Assembly: GCA_027859235.1 (NCBI GenBank)
Contig: JAQIBE010000263.1
Span: 3,568-67,567 of the forward strand
Source: Desulfobulbaceae bacterium
Lineage (GTDB): Bacteria > Desulfobacterota > Desulfobulbia > Desulfobulbales > SURF-16
Length of the DNA: 64,000 nucleotides
Direction: 5' to 3'
A program made the position numbers and the translations under genes. Positions 30,290 to 38,822 of the stretch are shown here, piece by piece; position 1 is the first letter of the stretch; every line of letters starts with the position of its first letter. The notes under the pieces were generated by a model. The model made no database searches, was not told the origin of the DNA, and was given only the letters and a program-made list of their open reading frames with translations.

Positions 30290-30664
30290 GTGACGGGAGC
30301 AGGTGCTGAGCCAATGTTGCGGTATACTCTCCCTAAAACTGCCCTTCTCCGGAAATCAGCCCAGTATAACGCGGTATATCGACGGGGAAAACGAATTCGT
30401 GGACAGCATTTCAGTTTGATTTTTCTTGATAATGATCAAGGCTATAATCGGATGGGGATAAGTGTCCATGGGGTCAAGACTGCTGTTCGCCGGAATCGTT
30501 TTAAGCGTATTGTCCGGGAATTCTTTCGTTTGAATCGGGATTTTCTGCCTCCGGCGAAGGATATTGTCTTTGCCATTCGCAAAGAATGTGCCTTTGATTC
30601 GCCCCAGGCTGTTTATGATGCTGTTGTCTCTTCATTAGAGTGTCGTAATAAGAGGAAAACATGA
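30290..30664 (+). CDS. rnpA: ribonuclease P protein component (true start may be 30314)
   Basis: [49 protein letters not shown]; follows rpmH. Confidence 0.92.
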   Translation: MTGAGAEPMLRYTLPKTALLRKSAQYNAVYRRGKRIRGQHFSLIFLDNDQGYNRMGISVHGVKTAVRRNRFKRIVREFFRLNRDFLPPAKDIVFAIRKECAFDSPQAVYDAVVSSLECRNKRKT

Positions 30665-30876
30665 AATACATCCTGCTCGGGTTGATTTTTGTCTACCAGC
30701 GGTTGGTGTCACCGTTTTTTCCTCCATCCTGTCGCTTTGTCCCCACCTGTTCCAGTTATGCCATTGAAGCCATTGAAACCCATGGTGCCTTGTATGGCGG
30801 CTGGATGTCCCTATGTCGTATCCTGCGTTGTCACCCCTTTTCCAAAGGCGGCTATGATCCGGTAAAGAATGGCTGA
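30661..30876 (+). CDS. yidD: membrane protein insertion efficiency factor YidD
   Basis: [44 protein letters not shown]. Confidence 0.95.
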   Translation: MKYILLGLIFVYQRLVSPFFPPSCRFVPTCSSYAIEAIETHGALYGGWMSLCRILRCHPFSKGGYDPVKNG

Positions 30877-30923
30877 GTTCTTGCTGTTCATAGTCTGGAC
30901 GCTGTCTTTGTATACCTCTGCAA

Positions 30924-32588
30924 ATGAGATTTATCCCCATGGATAATAAAAGAGCCTTATTGGCTGTTGTTTTATCGTTGGGCATTTTGTTGGTCTATAA
31001 TCAACTCTTTGTCTCGCACGCCCCTCCTGTTGTTCCCATTGCAACTCAGACCTCTGAGGTTATGGGTCAGTCTCCTGATGCTGCTGTAACATCTATATCC
31101 CCCAGTAGTCTGACGCCCCCTGTGCCGCTTCCTGTTATGGCATCCGGGCGTGAAGGAGTGGATGTTGTGGTTGAAACCAGCCTGTATACGGCGGTTTTTA
31201 CCGAGAACGGCGGCGGTTTAAAGAGCTTTAAGCTTAAGAATTATACGGCGGAGCTTGCTGGTGATAGTGGCGAGCAGGAGCTCGTTGTGCAGACTGAGTT
31301 TAATGAGCTGCCGCTCTATTTTTCCTGGGGTGCAGATCCATCCTCTGCAGCTATTCCTTTGTATGAAGCCGACCGCACCGCTCTTGTGGTGCGTGATGAC
31401 GCGCAAACCCTCACCATGAATACCAGACTCCCCTCCGGAGTGGTGATGAGACGGATGATGACCTTTCATCCTGATTCCTATGTTATTGACCTTGAGGTTC
31501 AGGTGAGCAATGGTTCCACAGAACATCAGGTTCAGGGGGCACCATTTTTACGGCTGGTGAACGAGCCCTTTGCAGAGAATATGAATAGTCGCTTTCTCTT
31601 CACGGGGCCTGCCCAATATGCAGGTGGAGTCTTCGATCAATTCAAGGTTGCTGATCTGGAAGATGGTAAGATCGAGAAGGTCGGCGTTTTTGACTGGATT
31701 GGTTATGAAGGGATCTATTTTATGATGGCTGTGGTTCCCGGTGCTGAGCAGCAGACCGTATCCTATCAACTCCTGGATCCACTCAAAAAGAAGGTGTCCA
31801 CCACCTTGAGTTCCGGCGCGGTTGCTTTAAGTCCCGGAAATATAAAATCCTATTCCTACAGCAGTTATTTGGGCCCGAAGAAATTAGAGATCCTCAAGGG
31901 GGTTGGTTCCAACCTCAGTAAGGCGGTTAATTTTGGTTTCTTTGATTTTCTTGCAAAACCCATGCTGTTCCTGCTGAATTTTATTTTTGATTATGTCAAA
32001 AATTATGGTGTGGCCATTATTCTGTTGACGGTGCTTATCAAGGCGGTGTTCTGGCCTCTCTCTTACAAGGGTATGAAGTCCATGAAGGCCATGCAGAAGC
32101 TTGGCCCGAAGATGACTCAGATCCGTGAGAAGTACAGCGATGATCGGGACCGCATGAACCGTGAAATGATGCAGCTGTACAAGACGTATAATGTAAGTCC
32201 TGTTGGCGGTTGTTTGCCCATGCTGGCGCAGATCCCGGTATTTTTTGCCCTATATCGTCTCCTGATGCAGACCATTGAGCTGCGCCATGCGCCATTCTTT
32301 GGTTGGATTACCGACCTGTCGGCACCGGAGCGTTTATTTATAGGCTTTGATTTACCCTATCTCGGCGGGTTGCCGCTGTTGACCCTGTGTATGGGTCTGT
32401 CCATGTTCCTGCAGCAGAAGTTGACCCCGCAGCCTGCAGATGCTACTCAAGCGAAGATTATGATGTTTATGCCTGTAATCTTTACCGTGATTTCCATTAA
32501 ATTTGCATCAGGTCTTGTCCTGTACTGGCTCGTTAATAATTTACTGTCCATGTTGCAGCAATATGCCATTAATAAGGCTCCAGATTGA
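30924..32588 (+). CDS. yidC: membrane protein insertase YidC
   Basis: MDNKRALLAVVLSLGILLVYN; YGVAIILLTVLIKAVFWPLSYKGMKSMKAMQKLGPKM; NVSPVGGCLPMLAQIPVFFALY. Likely start is the ATG at 30939. Confidence 0.96.
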   Translation: MRFIPMDNKRALLAVVLSLGILLVYNQLFVSHAPPVVPIATQTSEVMGQSPDAAVTSISPSSLTPPVPLPVMASGREGVDVVVETSLYTAVFTENGGGLKSFKLKNYTAELAGDSGEQELVVQTEFNELPLYFSWGADPSSAAIPLYEADRTALVVRDDAQTLTMNTRLPSGVVMRRMMTFHPDSYVIDLEVQVSNGSTEHQVQGAPFLRLVNEPFAENMNSRFLFTGPAQYAGGVFDQFKVADLEDGKIEKVGVFDWIGYEGIYFMMAVVPGAEQQTVSYQLLDPLKKKVSTTLSSGAVALSPGNIKSYSYSSYLGPKKLEILKGVGSNLSKAVNFGFFDFLAKPMLFLLNFIFDYVKNYGVAIILLTVLIKAVFWPLSYKGMKSMKAMQKLGPKMTQIREKYSDDRDRMNREMMQLYKTYNVSPVGGCLPMLAQIPVFFALYRLLMQTIELRHAPFFGWITDLSAPERLFIGFDLPYLGGLPLLTLCMGLSMFLQQKLTPQPADATQAKIMMFMPVIFTVISIKFASGLVLYWLVNNLLSMLQQYAINKAPD

Positions 32589-32651
32589 TTCAAGGAGTGT
32601 GGTTAAATTGTCCCTCGGGAAAAGATTCAGGTGTTGCATGAGGAAAAGATA

Positions 32652-33569
32652 ATGGCAAAAAAGTTTCAGTTTAAAGGGAAAGATATTGATGATGCCGTGA
32701 ACAAGGCCTGTGCCAGGTTCGGTGTTGGCCGTGATGAGCTGAATATTGATGTTGTCTCCACTGGTTCAACGGGCATCTTCGGCTTGCTGAAGAAACAGTC
32801 TTCCATTGAGGCGTGGCTGAAGAGTGATATGGCGGCGGATGTCGTTCCGGAGAAAACTCCTGTTGTTGCGGATGACATCCCTGGACCGGAAGAGGTTGTT
32901 GAGGATGTTGGTGTTGAGCCTGGTGAGGAGAGCCCCACCAAACCTGAGAAGGCGAAAGTGCAGGAGCCGGAAGAGGCTGCCCCCCAAAAGAGTCGTCCCC
33001 GTTATCGTCCTCCCCAGCATACCCCTGTCCCTGTTCCTGAAGAGTTCCATGCCGGCCTGAAGGATGAATTGCTGCAACTCCTGAAACTCATGGGTATGGA
33101 GGGCGAAATCACCTTTGGTGAGGAGAACGGCAAGACAGCGCTTGTGATTCAAGGGCAAGAACTCATCGAACCCCTCACTGCCCGTGACGGGCAGGCGTTG
33201 GATGGTTTGCAGTATCTTCTGCGAAAAATTTCCAGCCATACCTTGCCTGAAAACGGCATGTTTGTGGTGGATATTGACGGTTTTCGCGGTAAACGTCGGG
33301 CGGAACTGCAGGAGCTGGCGATCACCCTTGCTGATGAGGTAAAGGAAAAAAATGTGACCCGGACCATTCCTCCCCTCAACCCCTCAGAGCGCCGCATTGT
33401 CCATATGCACCTTCAGGATGATACAAGTATCCGCAGCCGCAGCGTTGGGAGCGGTTTGTTTAAGAAAATTTTGATTTATCAGCCTGGAACCCGCAAAAGA
33501 CCAAGCCGTAATAAGCGTGCAAATCGTCCCCGCGGAGGACGCGGGCAGGACCAGGACGGAAATAAGTAG
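32652..33569 (+). CDS. jag: Jag/KhpB RNA-binding protein
   Basis: MAKKFQFKGKDIDDAVNKACARFGVGRDELNIDVVSTGSTGIFGLL (Jag_N); KH-like plus R3H (LNPSERRIVHMHLQDD). Confidence 0.92.
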   Translation: MAKKFQFKGKDIDDAVNKACARFGVGRDELNIDVVSTGSTGIFGLLKKQSSIEAWLKSDMAADVVPEKTPVVADDIPGPEEVVEDVGVEPGEESPTKPEKAKVQEPEEAAPQKSRPRYRPPQHTPVPVPEEFHAGLKDELLQLLKLMGMEGEITFGEENGKTALVIQGQELIEPLTARDGQALDGLQYLLRKISSHTLPENGMFVVDIDGFRGKRRAELQELAITLADEVKEKNVTRTIPPLNPSERRIVHMHLQDDTSIRSRSVGSGLFKKILIYQPGTRKRPSRNKRANRPRGGRGQDQDGNK

Positions 33570-33606
33570 TCTTGGTGTGGATGGACATGTCCTGATATGA
33601 TGGGTG

Positions 33607-33639
33607 CAGACAGTTTTTAACTGTCTGGGCCTTTTTTTA
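33607..33639 (+). terminator. intrinsic terminator after jag
   Basis: CAGACAGTT-ttt-AACTGTCTG then gggcctttttttat. Confidence 0.75.
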
Positions 33640-33718
33640 TTTTTGGAGTATGATTTTGTTGCCGTTTTAGTCTTTTTAAATTGCCTTCTTGTCATAATAA
33701 TGGAGCCTGCACCCCATC

Positions 33719-35110
33719 ATGTCTCTTTCAGAACTGAGTGAACCAACCATAGCTGCAATTGCCACGCCTCCTGGTCCAGGCGGCATTGGGGTTATCCGCA
33801 TGAGCGGTGACCTGTCCCTTGGTATCCTTAAACGTGTTTTCGTCCCGAAGAATGTGGAGAAAATGTTTGTCAGTCATCATTTATCCTACGGTGATGTTGT
33901 TGATCCTGAAACGGGGCAGATGGTGGATGAGGTCCTTGCCGTGTATATGGCGGCCCCTGCCACCTATACCCGTGAGGATGTGGTGGAGATCCATTGCCAC
34001 GGCAGTTTTCTGATCCTGCAGCAGGTGTTGTCATTACTAATCAGCCGGGGAGCGACCTTGGCGTCCCCCGGGGAATTCACAAAACGTGCCTTCCTGAACG
34101 GTCGCATTGATCTCACCCGGGCCGAGGCCGTGATGGAGCTGCTGGATGCCACCACCTCTGCCAAGCTTGATATGGCGCGGAACCAGCTGGGCGGCGGTCT
34201 TTATGATCAGATCATGGCTATTCGCCAGCAGCTTCTTGTCTGTCGCGGGATTATTGAGGTGGCCATTGATTTTCCTGATGAGGATGCCGAGATTCTTGAT
34301 GGAGAAAAGATGATCGGCGATATTCGGCATAATGTTATTGCCCCTTTGGAGGATCTTATCCGTTCCGCCCGGCGGGGTCAGGTTTTTCGTGAAGGGGTCT
34401 CAGTTGTCATCCTTGGGAGGCCCAATGTGGGGAAGTCCTCCCTGCTGAATGGACTCTTGCGGGAGGAGCGGGCCATTGTTACCTCGGTACCCGGCACCAC
34501 GCGGGATACAATTGAGGAGATTATTGACATTCGTGGCTTACCCGTACGGATCGTCGATACGGCCGGTATTCGTGAACATGCCGGGAAGGTGGAGGAGATC
34601 GGTATTAACCGGGCCAAGGCGAAGCTGGCCCAGGCTGATTTTGTTCTGTTCCTCATTGACGGGCCGGGTGGGATTAGTGCAGAGGAGCTGGAATTAAGGA
34701 AGCTGGTTCAGGGAAAACCCGTGTTGTTTGCGGTGAATAAAATTGATGTTATGGATTATGAGCCGGCAGACTTTGCTGAATTTTGCGGAAAATCTCCTCA
34801 GTTTGGCATTTCCGCAAAGCTCCATTTAGGTATTGAGGCCCTGGAAAATGGTCTGTACTCCCTTGTCACCAGCGGGGATGACTGGGATCCCGGCCATGGT
34901 GTCGTGCCCAATGTCCGGCATCGCTTGTCCCTTGAAAAAGGTCTTGAGGCGGCGCAGCGGGTAACCCTGGGTCTTGGACAGGGGCTTTCAGCGGATCTTT
35001 TAGCGGTTGATTTGCAGGATGTGCTGGATGGTCTTGGTGACATTATTGGTGAAACCACCACGGAAGATGTCCTTGATGTCATATTTGAACAATTTTGTTT
35101 GGGGAAATGA
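33719..35110 (+). CDS. mnmE: tRNA modification GTPase MnmE
   Basis: 463 aa; IAAIATPPGPGGIGVIRMSG, GRPNVGKSSLLNGLL, VPGTTRDTIEE, C-term VLDVIFEQFCLGK. Ends in TGA. Confidence 0.96.
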   Translation: MSLSELSEPTIAAIATPPGPGGIGVIRMSGDLSLGILKRVFVPKNVEKMFVSHHLSYGDVVDPETGQMVDEVLAVYMAAPATYTREDVVEIHCHGSFLILQQVLSLLISRGATLASPGEFTKRAFLNGRIDLTRAEAVMELLDATTSAKLDMARNQLGGGLYDQIMAIRQQLLVCRGIIEVAIDFPDEDAEILDGEKMIGDIRHNVIAPLEDLIRSARRGQVFREGVSVVILGRPNVGKSSLLNGLLREERAIVTSVPGTTRDTIEEIIDIRGLPVRIVDTAGIREHAGKVEEIGINRAKAKLAQADFVLFLIDGPGGISAEELELRKLVQGKPVLFAVNKIDVMDYEPADFAEFCGKSPQFGISAKLHLGIEALENGLYSLVTSGDDWDPGHGVVPNVRHRLSLEKGLEAAQRVTLGLGQGLSADLLAVDLQDVLDGLGDIIGETTTEDVLDVIFEQFCLGK

Positions 35111-35231
35111 CCATTGTCAGGCTTTGGGGATCTTTTTGCCAAGCAGAGAGGGGTGGGTTTGGGTGGTTATGTAAAGATGGATGCTGCTCCTGCTGATTTC
35201 TTCGGGGTTAATATGTTGTCAGGGAAAATGT

Positions 35232-35756
35232 ATGTCTACGCGTAAAACAATATTGTCTAAAGCACAACTGCAGAAACGGGTTAGCGAACTTGGCGCTCAG
35301 ATCAGCCGGGATTACTCTGGCAAGTCGTTGGTGCTGATAGGGGTGCTGAACGGCGCTTTTATTTTTATGGCAGATCTGGCCCGTGCCATAGAACTTGAGC
35401 ATGTGCAGGTGGATTTTATTCGGGTGTCCAGTTACGGTAAATCCTCAGAATCTTCCGGTGAAATTACCCTGAGCAAGGATGTTGAACTTGATCTTGAGGA
35501 TAAAGATGTCCTGCTCGTGGAGGATATTATTGATACGGGACGGACACTGGCCTGGTTGCACCACTCGTTTCAGCAGAGGAAGGCTGCATCGGTGCGAATC
35601 TGTACCCTGATTGATAAATCTGAGCGGCGTGAGGTGGATATTCAGCCAGATTACACAGGGTTTGTTGTTGCTGAAGGATTCCTCGTTGGTTATGGCCTTG
35701 ATTATGCTGAGGATTTCAGGCATTTTCCAGAAATATCCCATCTTGAATTGTCGTAA
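35232..35756 (+). CDS. hpt: hypoxanthine phosphoribosyltransferase
   Basis: MSTRKTILSKAQLQKRVSELGAQIS; LLVEDIIDTGRTLAWL PRPP-binding motif. Confidence 0.92.
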   Translation: MSTRKTILSKAQLQKRVSELGAQISRDYSGKSLVLIGVLNGAFIFMADLARAIELEHVQVDFIRVSSYGKSSESSGEITLSKDVELDLEDKDVLLVEDIIDTGRTLAWLHHSFQQRKAASVRICTLIDKSERREVDIQPDYTGFVVAEGFLVGYGLDYAEDFRHFPEISHLELS

Positions 35757-35857
35757 TCTGCTAATTCAAGACCCATCCCCTTTCTGCACTGTTGTTTTAG
35801 AGGCGTTTTCCTGAGGGTTTATTTATGTTGGCTTGAATTTTACTGCATTGCCACGGA

Positions 35858-35965
35858 TTGATCGATTGGGGTCTGGTTTTCCTTTCGGTCTTTGGCTTGG
35901 TGTTTATTATTCAGGGAATGATTAATTTTCTTAAAGATCCTGAGGACTCTGAGGAGGATGAGTAG
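35858..35965 (+). CDS. candidate 35-aa single-TM protein with acidic tail
   Basis: MIDWGLVFLSVFGLVFIIQGMINFLKDPEDSEEDE* from a TTG; an in-frame ATG at 35825 with GAGG upstream would require reading a TGA at 35834. Confidence 0.4.
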   Translation: MIDWGLVFLSVFGLVFIIQGMINFLKDPEDSEEDE

Positions 35966-36071
35966 GTGCTTCCTTCTGAAGCGGTCTTGAGGGTGATCCG
36001 GGTTATAGGTCGGGATGGGTATCAGCTGACTGACAGGAGATGGGGCAGGATGATTGGCTGGTAAGGAAGGT

Positions 36072-36122
36072 GGCGGAGAAGGAGGGATTCGAACCCTCGG
36101 TTCGCGATTAACGAACACTCGC
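36072..36122 (-). other. 3' half of tRNA-Ser(GCT): putative attachment-site duplication at the island boundary
   Basis: Reverse complement CTGCTAAGCGAGTGTTCGTTAATCGCGAACCGAGGGTTCGAATCCCTCCTTCTCCGCC matches a tRNA-Ser 3' half, but the 5' side (..AACAAATATCGCTGAATTGA) cannot form acceptor or D arms. Confidence 0.8.
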
Positions 36123-36339
36123 TTAGCAGTCAATTCAGCGATATTTGTTATAGGCGTCTCTGCTGATTTCCTTTGAACAACTTGGTCTTAATGGAGCTTG
36201 AAAGATATAGAAAGCCCAAGAAGTGGTACATAGAGTGGTACAGTACACTTTTCCTTTTATTCTAATTGTATCTCAAATTGTTGAGTTTTTATTCAATCTT
36301 TAGTGAACCTTTTATTAATCTTATAAGAGGTATTTTGTA

Positions 36340-37803
36340 ATGAGTGAAAATAATAAAAAAGATGAGAAAGACAAAGATTTTCTGAAGGACGTTGTAGTCC
36401 CAGAATTTGTATTTTTTCATACTAGCCAAAAGGAGGGATATGCAAAGAGGGCAATCGAGAAAAATTGTAATGAAATTTACAATATCAAATCTAATAAGTT
36501 TTTAGAATTTCTCAGATCACTCCATTATAAGGAATTTAACAAAGGTATAAGTAGATCAGAGTTGAGCTCTATACAGGAGACTTGTAATAGTATAGCTATT
36601 TTTGCTCCAGATTCTCGCGAGGAAGAGGTGCATTTAAGAACAGCTCAAAAGAAAAAGGTTATATATGTTGATCTCGGTGATAAAACTTGGAAGGTTGTGA
36701 GGATAACGAGTGAAGGGTGTAAAATTGTTAAGAACATTAACGTTAATTTTCACAGGCCCTCTGGATATTTGCCATTATGTCGTCCAGATCTTAATTCTAA
36801 AAAAGGTAAGGGCTTTAGGTTATTAAAACAGTTCTTTAGAAATATATCTAATGAAGACTATAGGTTAATGTTGTGTTGGTTGATTTCAGCAATTAGACCA
36901 TCAGGACCTTTTCCTATCTTAATTTTACAAGGTGAACAAGGAGCTGGAAAGAGTACATGTATGCGATTTCTAAAAATGTTGATCGACCCATTTAAAGCCC
37001 CGATTAGATCTCTTCCAAAGACAGAAAGAGACTTGATGATATCCGCTTTAAATAGCATGCTTTTAGCATTTGATAATATTTCAAATCTTAAAGCAGAGTT
37101 ACCTGATGCTTTTTGTCGACTTGCGACTGGTGCAGGGCTTTCTACCCGGAAACTATATTCAGATGATGGGGAGCAGTTTTTCGAGGCTTGTCGTCCAATT
37201 ATGTTAAACGGTATTAGTGATTTTGTTACCAAGAACGATTTAGCAAGTCGATCCATTCTGTTGAGTCTTGCAAGTATTGACCGCCCAGATAGGGTCACTG
37301 AACAAGAATTAAGGAAGAATTTCCGTGATGCTCAACCTGCAATCTTAGCAGATCTTTACAGGGCTGTTAGTGTCGCATTGAAAAATATTGATACGGTTAA
37401 ACTGAAAAATAGTCCTAGAATGGCAGATTTTGCTGCATGGTCTTGTGCCGCCTCAAAAAAGGTTAAATGGACTCATGATCAATTTCTGGAAGCCTATGAT
37501 GTTAACCAAAAACAATTGTCAGATGCTTGTTTTGACGCAGATATTGTTGCTACGACAGTGCATAACTTTATGATAGAAGCGTTAGCTTGGCAAGGGACAG
37601 CTACCGAATTATTAACTGCTTTGTCTAAATTTAATCCTGAAGTTACCCAAACAAGGTATTGGCCTAAATCTGCGAGTAAAATGTCCAGTCGACTAAGGGA
37701 AGGATTGCCTGCGTTGCAGGAGAAAAGAATAGAGGTGAAGCTTTTTCGTAAGGATGATAAGCGGCTTATTCAATTAGAATTGCTAGATGAAGATGATGAA
37801 TAA
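36340..37803 (+). CDS. D5/primase-like mobile-element ATPase
   Basis: 487 aa; ILILQGEQGAGKSTCMRFLKMLIDP Walker A, MLLAFDNISNLKAELPDAFCRLATGAGLSTRKLYSDDGE, CRPIMLNGISDFVTKNDLASRSILL. Confidence 0.75.
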   Translation: MSENNKKDEKDKDFLKDVVVPEFVFFHTSQKEGYAKRAIEKNCNEIYNIKSNKFLEFLRSLHYKEFNKGISRSELSSIQETCNSIAIFAPDSREEEVHLRTAQKKKVIYVDLGDKTWKVVRITSEGCKIVKNINVNFHRPSGYLPLCRPDLNSKKGKGFRLLKQFFRNISNEDYRLMLCWLISAIRPSGPFPILILQGEQGAGKSTCMRFLKMLIDPFKAPIRSLPKTERDLMISALNSMLLAFDNISNLKAELPDAFCRLATGAGLSTRKLYSDDGEQFFEACRPIMLNGISDFVTKNDLASRSILLSLASIDRPDRVTEQELRKNFRDAQPAILADLYRAVSVALKNIDTVKLKNSPRMADFAAWSCAASKKVKWTHDQFLEAYDVNQKQLSDACFDADIVATTVHNFMIEALAWQGTATELLTALSKFNPEVTQTRYWPKSASKMSSRLREGLPALQEKRIEVKLFRKDDKRLIQLELLDEDDE

Positions 37804-37843
37804 GTTGTAGTATAGTTTGGCTTGTGCTGGTTGGCGTGTAATC

Positions 37844-37868
37844 AACAGGCTGGCTTTGCCAGCCTGTT
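37844..37868. terminator. strong hairpin downstream of the primase-like gene
   Basis: AACAGGCTGG-ctttg-CCAGCCTGTT perfect stem. Confidence 0.6.
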
Positions 37869-37884
37869 ACAACCGTCACTACGT

Positions 37885-38010
37885 GACGGCACTAACGGCT
37901 TTTTTTACTTTTTAATATTATATAAATATTATTATAAAATGAAAATGTTTGAGTAAGTAAGTAATACGTGAGCGATGAGACAAATGCATGAATGTGCCGT
38001 TAGTGCCGTC
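37885..38010. repeat. 15-bp perfect inverted repeats about 100 bp apart
   Basis: GACGGCACTAACGGC (37885-37899) and GCCGTTAGTGCCGTC (37996-38010); additional CGTCAC/GTGACG and CCGTCA repeats nearby. Confidence 0.85.
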
Positions 38011-38270
38011 ATATCGTCATCAAACCAAGCTATTCACTTTTCTTATAACTATCGTCATGTCGTCACTGCCGTCACCATGAAGTTTGATTTGATAAAGATA
38101 TACTTAGATAATAGTATAAAATAAATATCAAGCCTATGGATTACATTGTGTATGACTCGGTTTATGATCGAATTCGAAGAGCAACGGGCTCCTTATGTAT
38201 GAAGAAGGTAATTACACAGAATTATTTACAGGCTCACCTTATCCTAAGAAACAGATCTATCCATCAACAC

Positions 38271-38540
38271 TCATATACTGCACATCTTCAATACCTCTAT
38301 AGTCAACAAACAATCATCAATACTCCTATGTTGTTCATCACCAAGATTTAAGTAGTGAGCTAATGATGCTAATTTCATGTCTCCAGCTCGCTTACCAAAG
38401 ACCTGATCAATAGTGGGTAGGTGTCAATGATACCCGTATTTACAGGCATGGGCATACCGATAGCATCAAAGCTCTTGGTATGGCTGGGAATGTCGAAATT
38501 AATGATATTCTGGCCACCCCCCACTCTATCATGAAGAATA
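38271..38540 (-). pseudogene. degraded DEDDh (DnaQ/ExoIII-like) exonuclease domain
   Basis: Two frames: GQNIINFDIPSHTKSFDAIGMPMPVNTGIIDTYP (38414-38515), then a frameshift, then QVFGKRAGDMKLASLAHYLNLGDEQHRSIDDCLLTIEVLKMCSI* (38271-38405). Confidence 0.7.
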
Positions 38541-38822
38541 AGATAAATATCGACTATGTTGGCTCTAGCTTAGTATTTAGCAGCAATTCCATCTACTAGA
38601 ACGGTTGTCAACCGTGTAGTACAAAATCGAGCCAATTTCACCAATACTAATATATTTCTTAGGATGAGGACTACACCTCCTACTATAGCTTTCACCATGA
38701 ATAAAAACAGCTAAATACCCGAAAATCTGTCTCAAAACACACGCCCTACCTATATTTACGGGTTAATAAGCAGAATCCCACTTGCGCTAAACTGCAAGAT
38801 TTTCCACAAAAAACAGGACAAA

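Noticed and set aside
36072-36180. Intact tRNA-Ser gene
   Set aside because: The 5' side cannot form acceptor, D or full anticodon stems with the 3' half, so it is called a fragment/att site.
38136-38351. 71-aa plus-strand ORF
   Set aside because: Overlaps the decayed exonuclease on the other strand and has no protein-like features.
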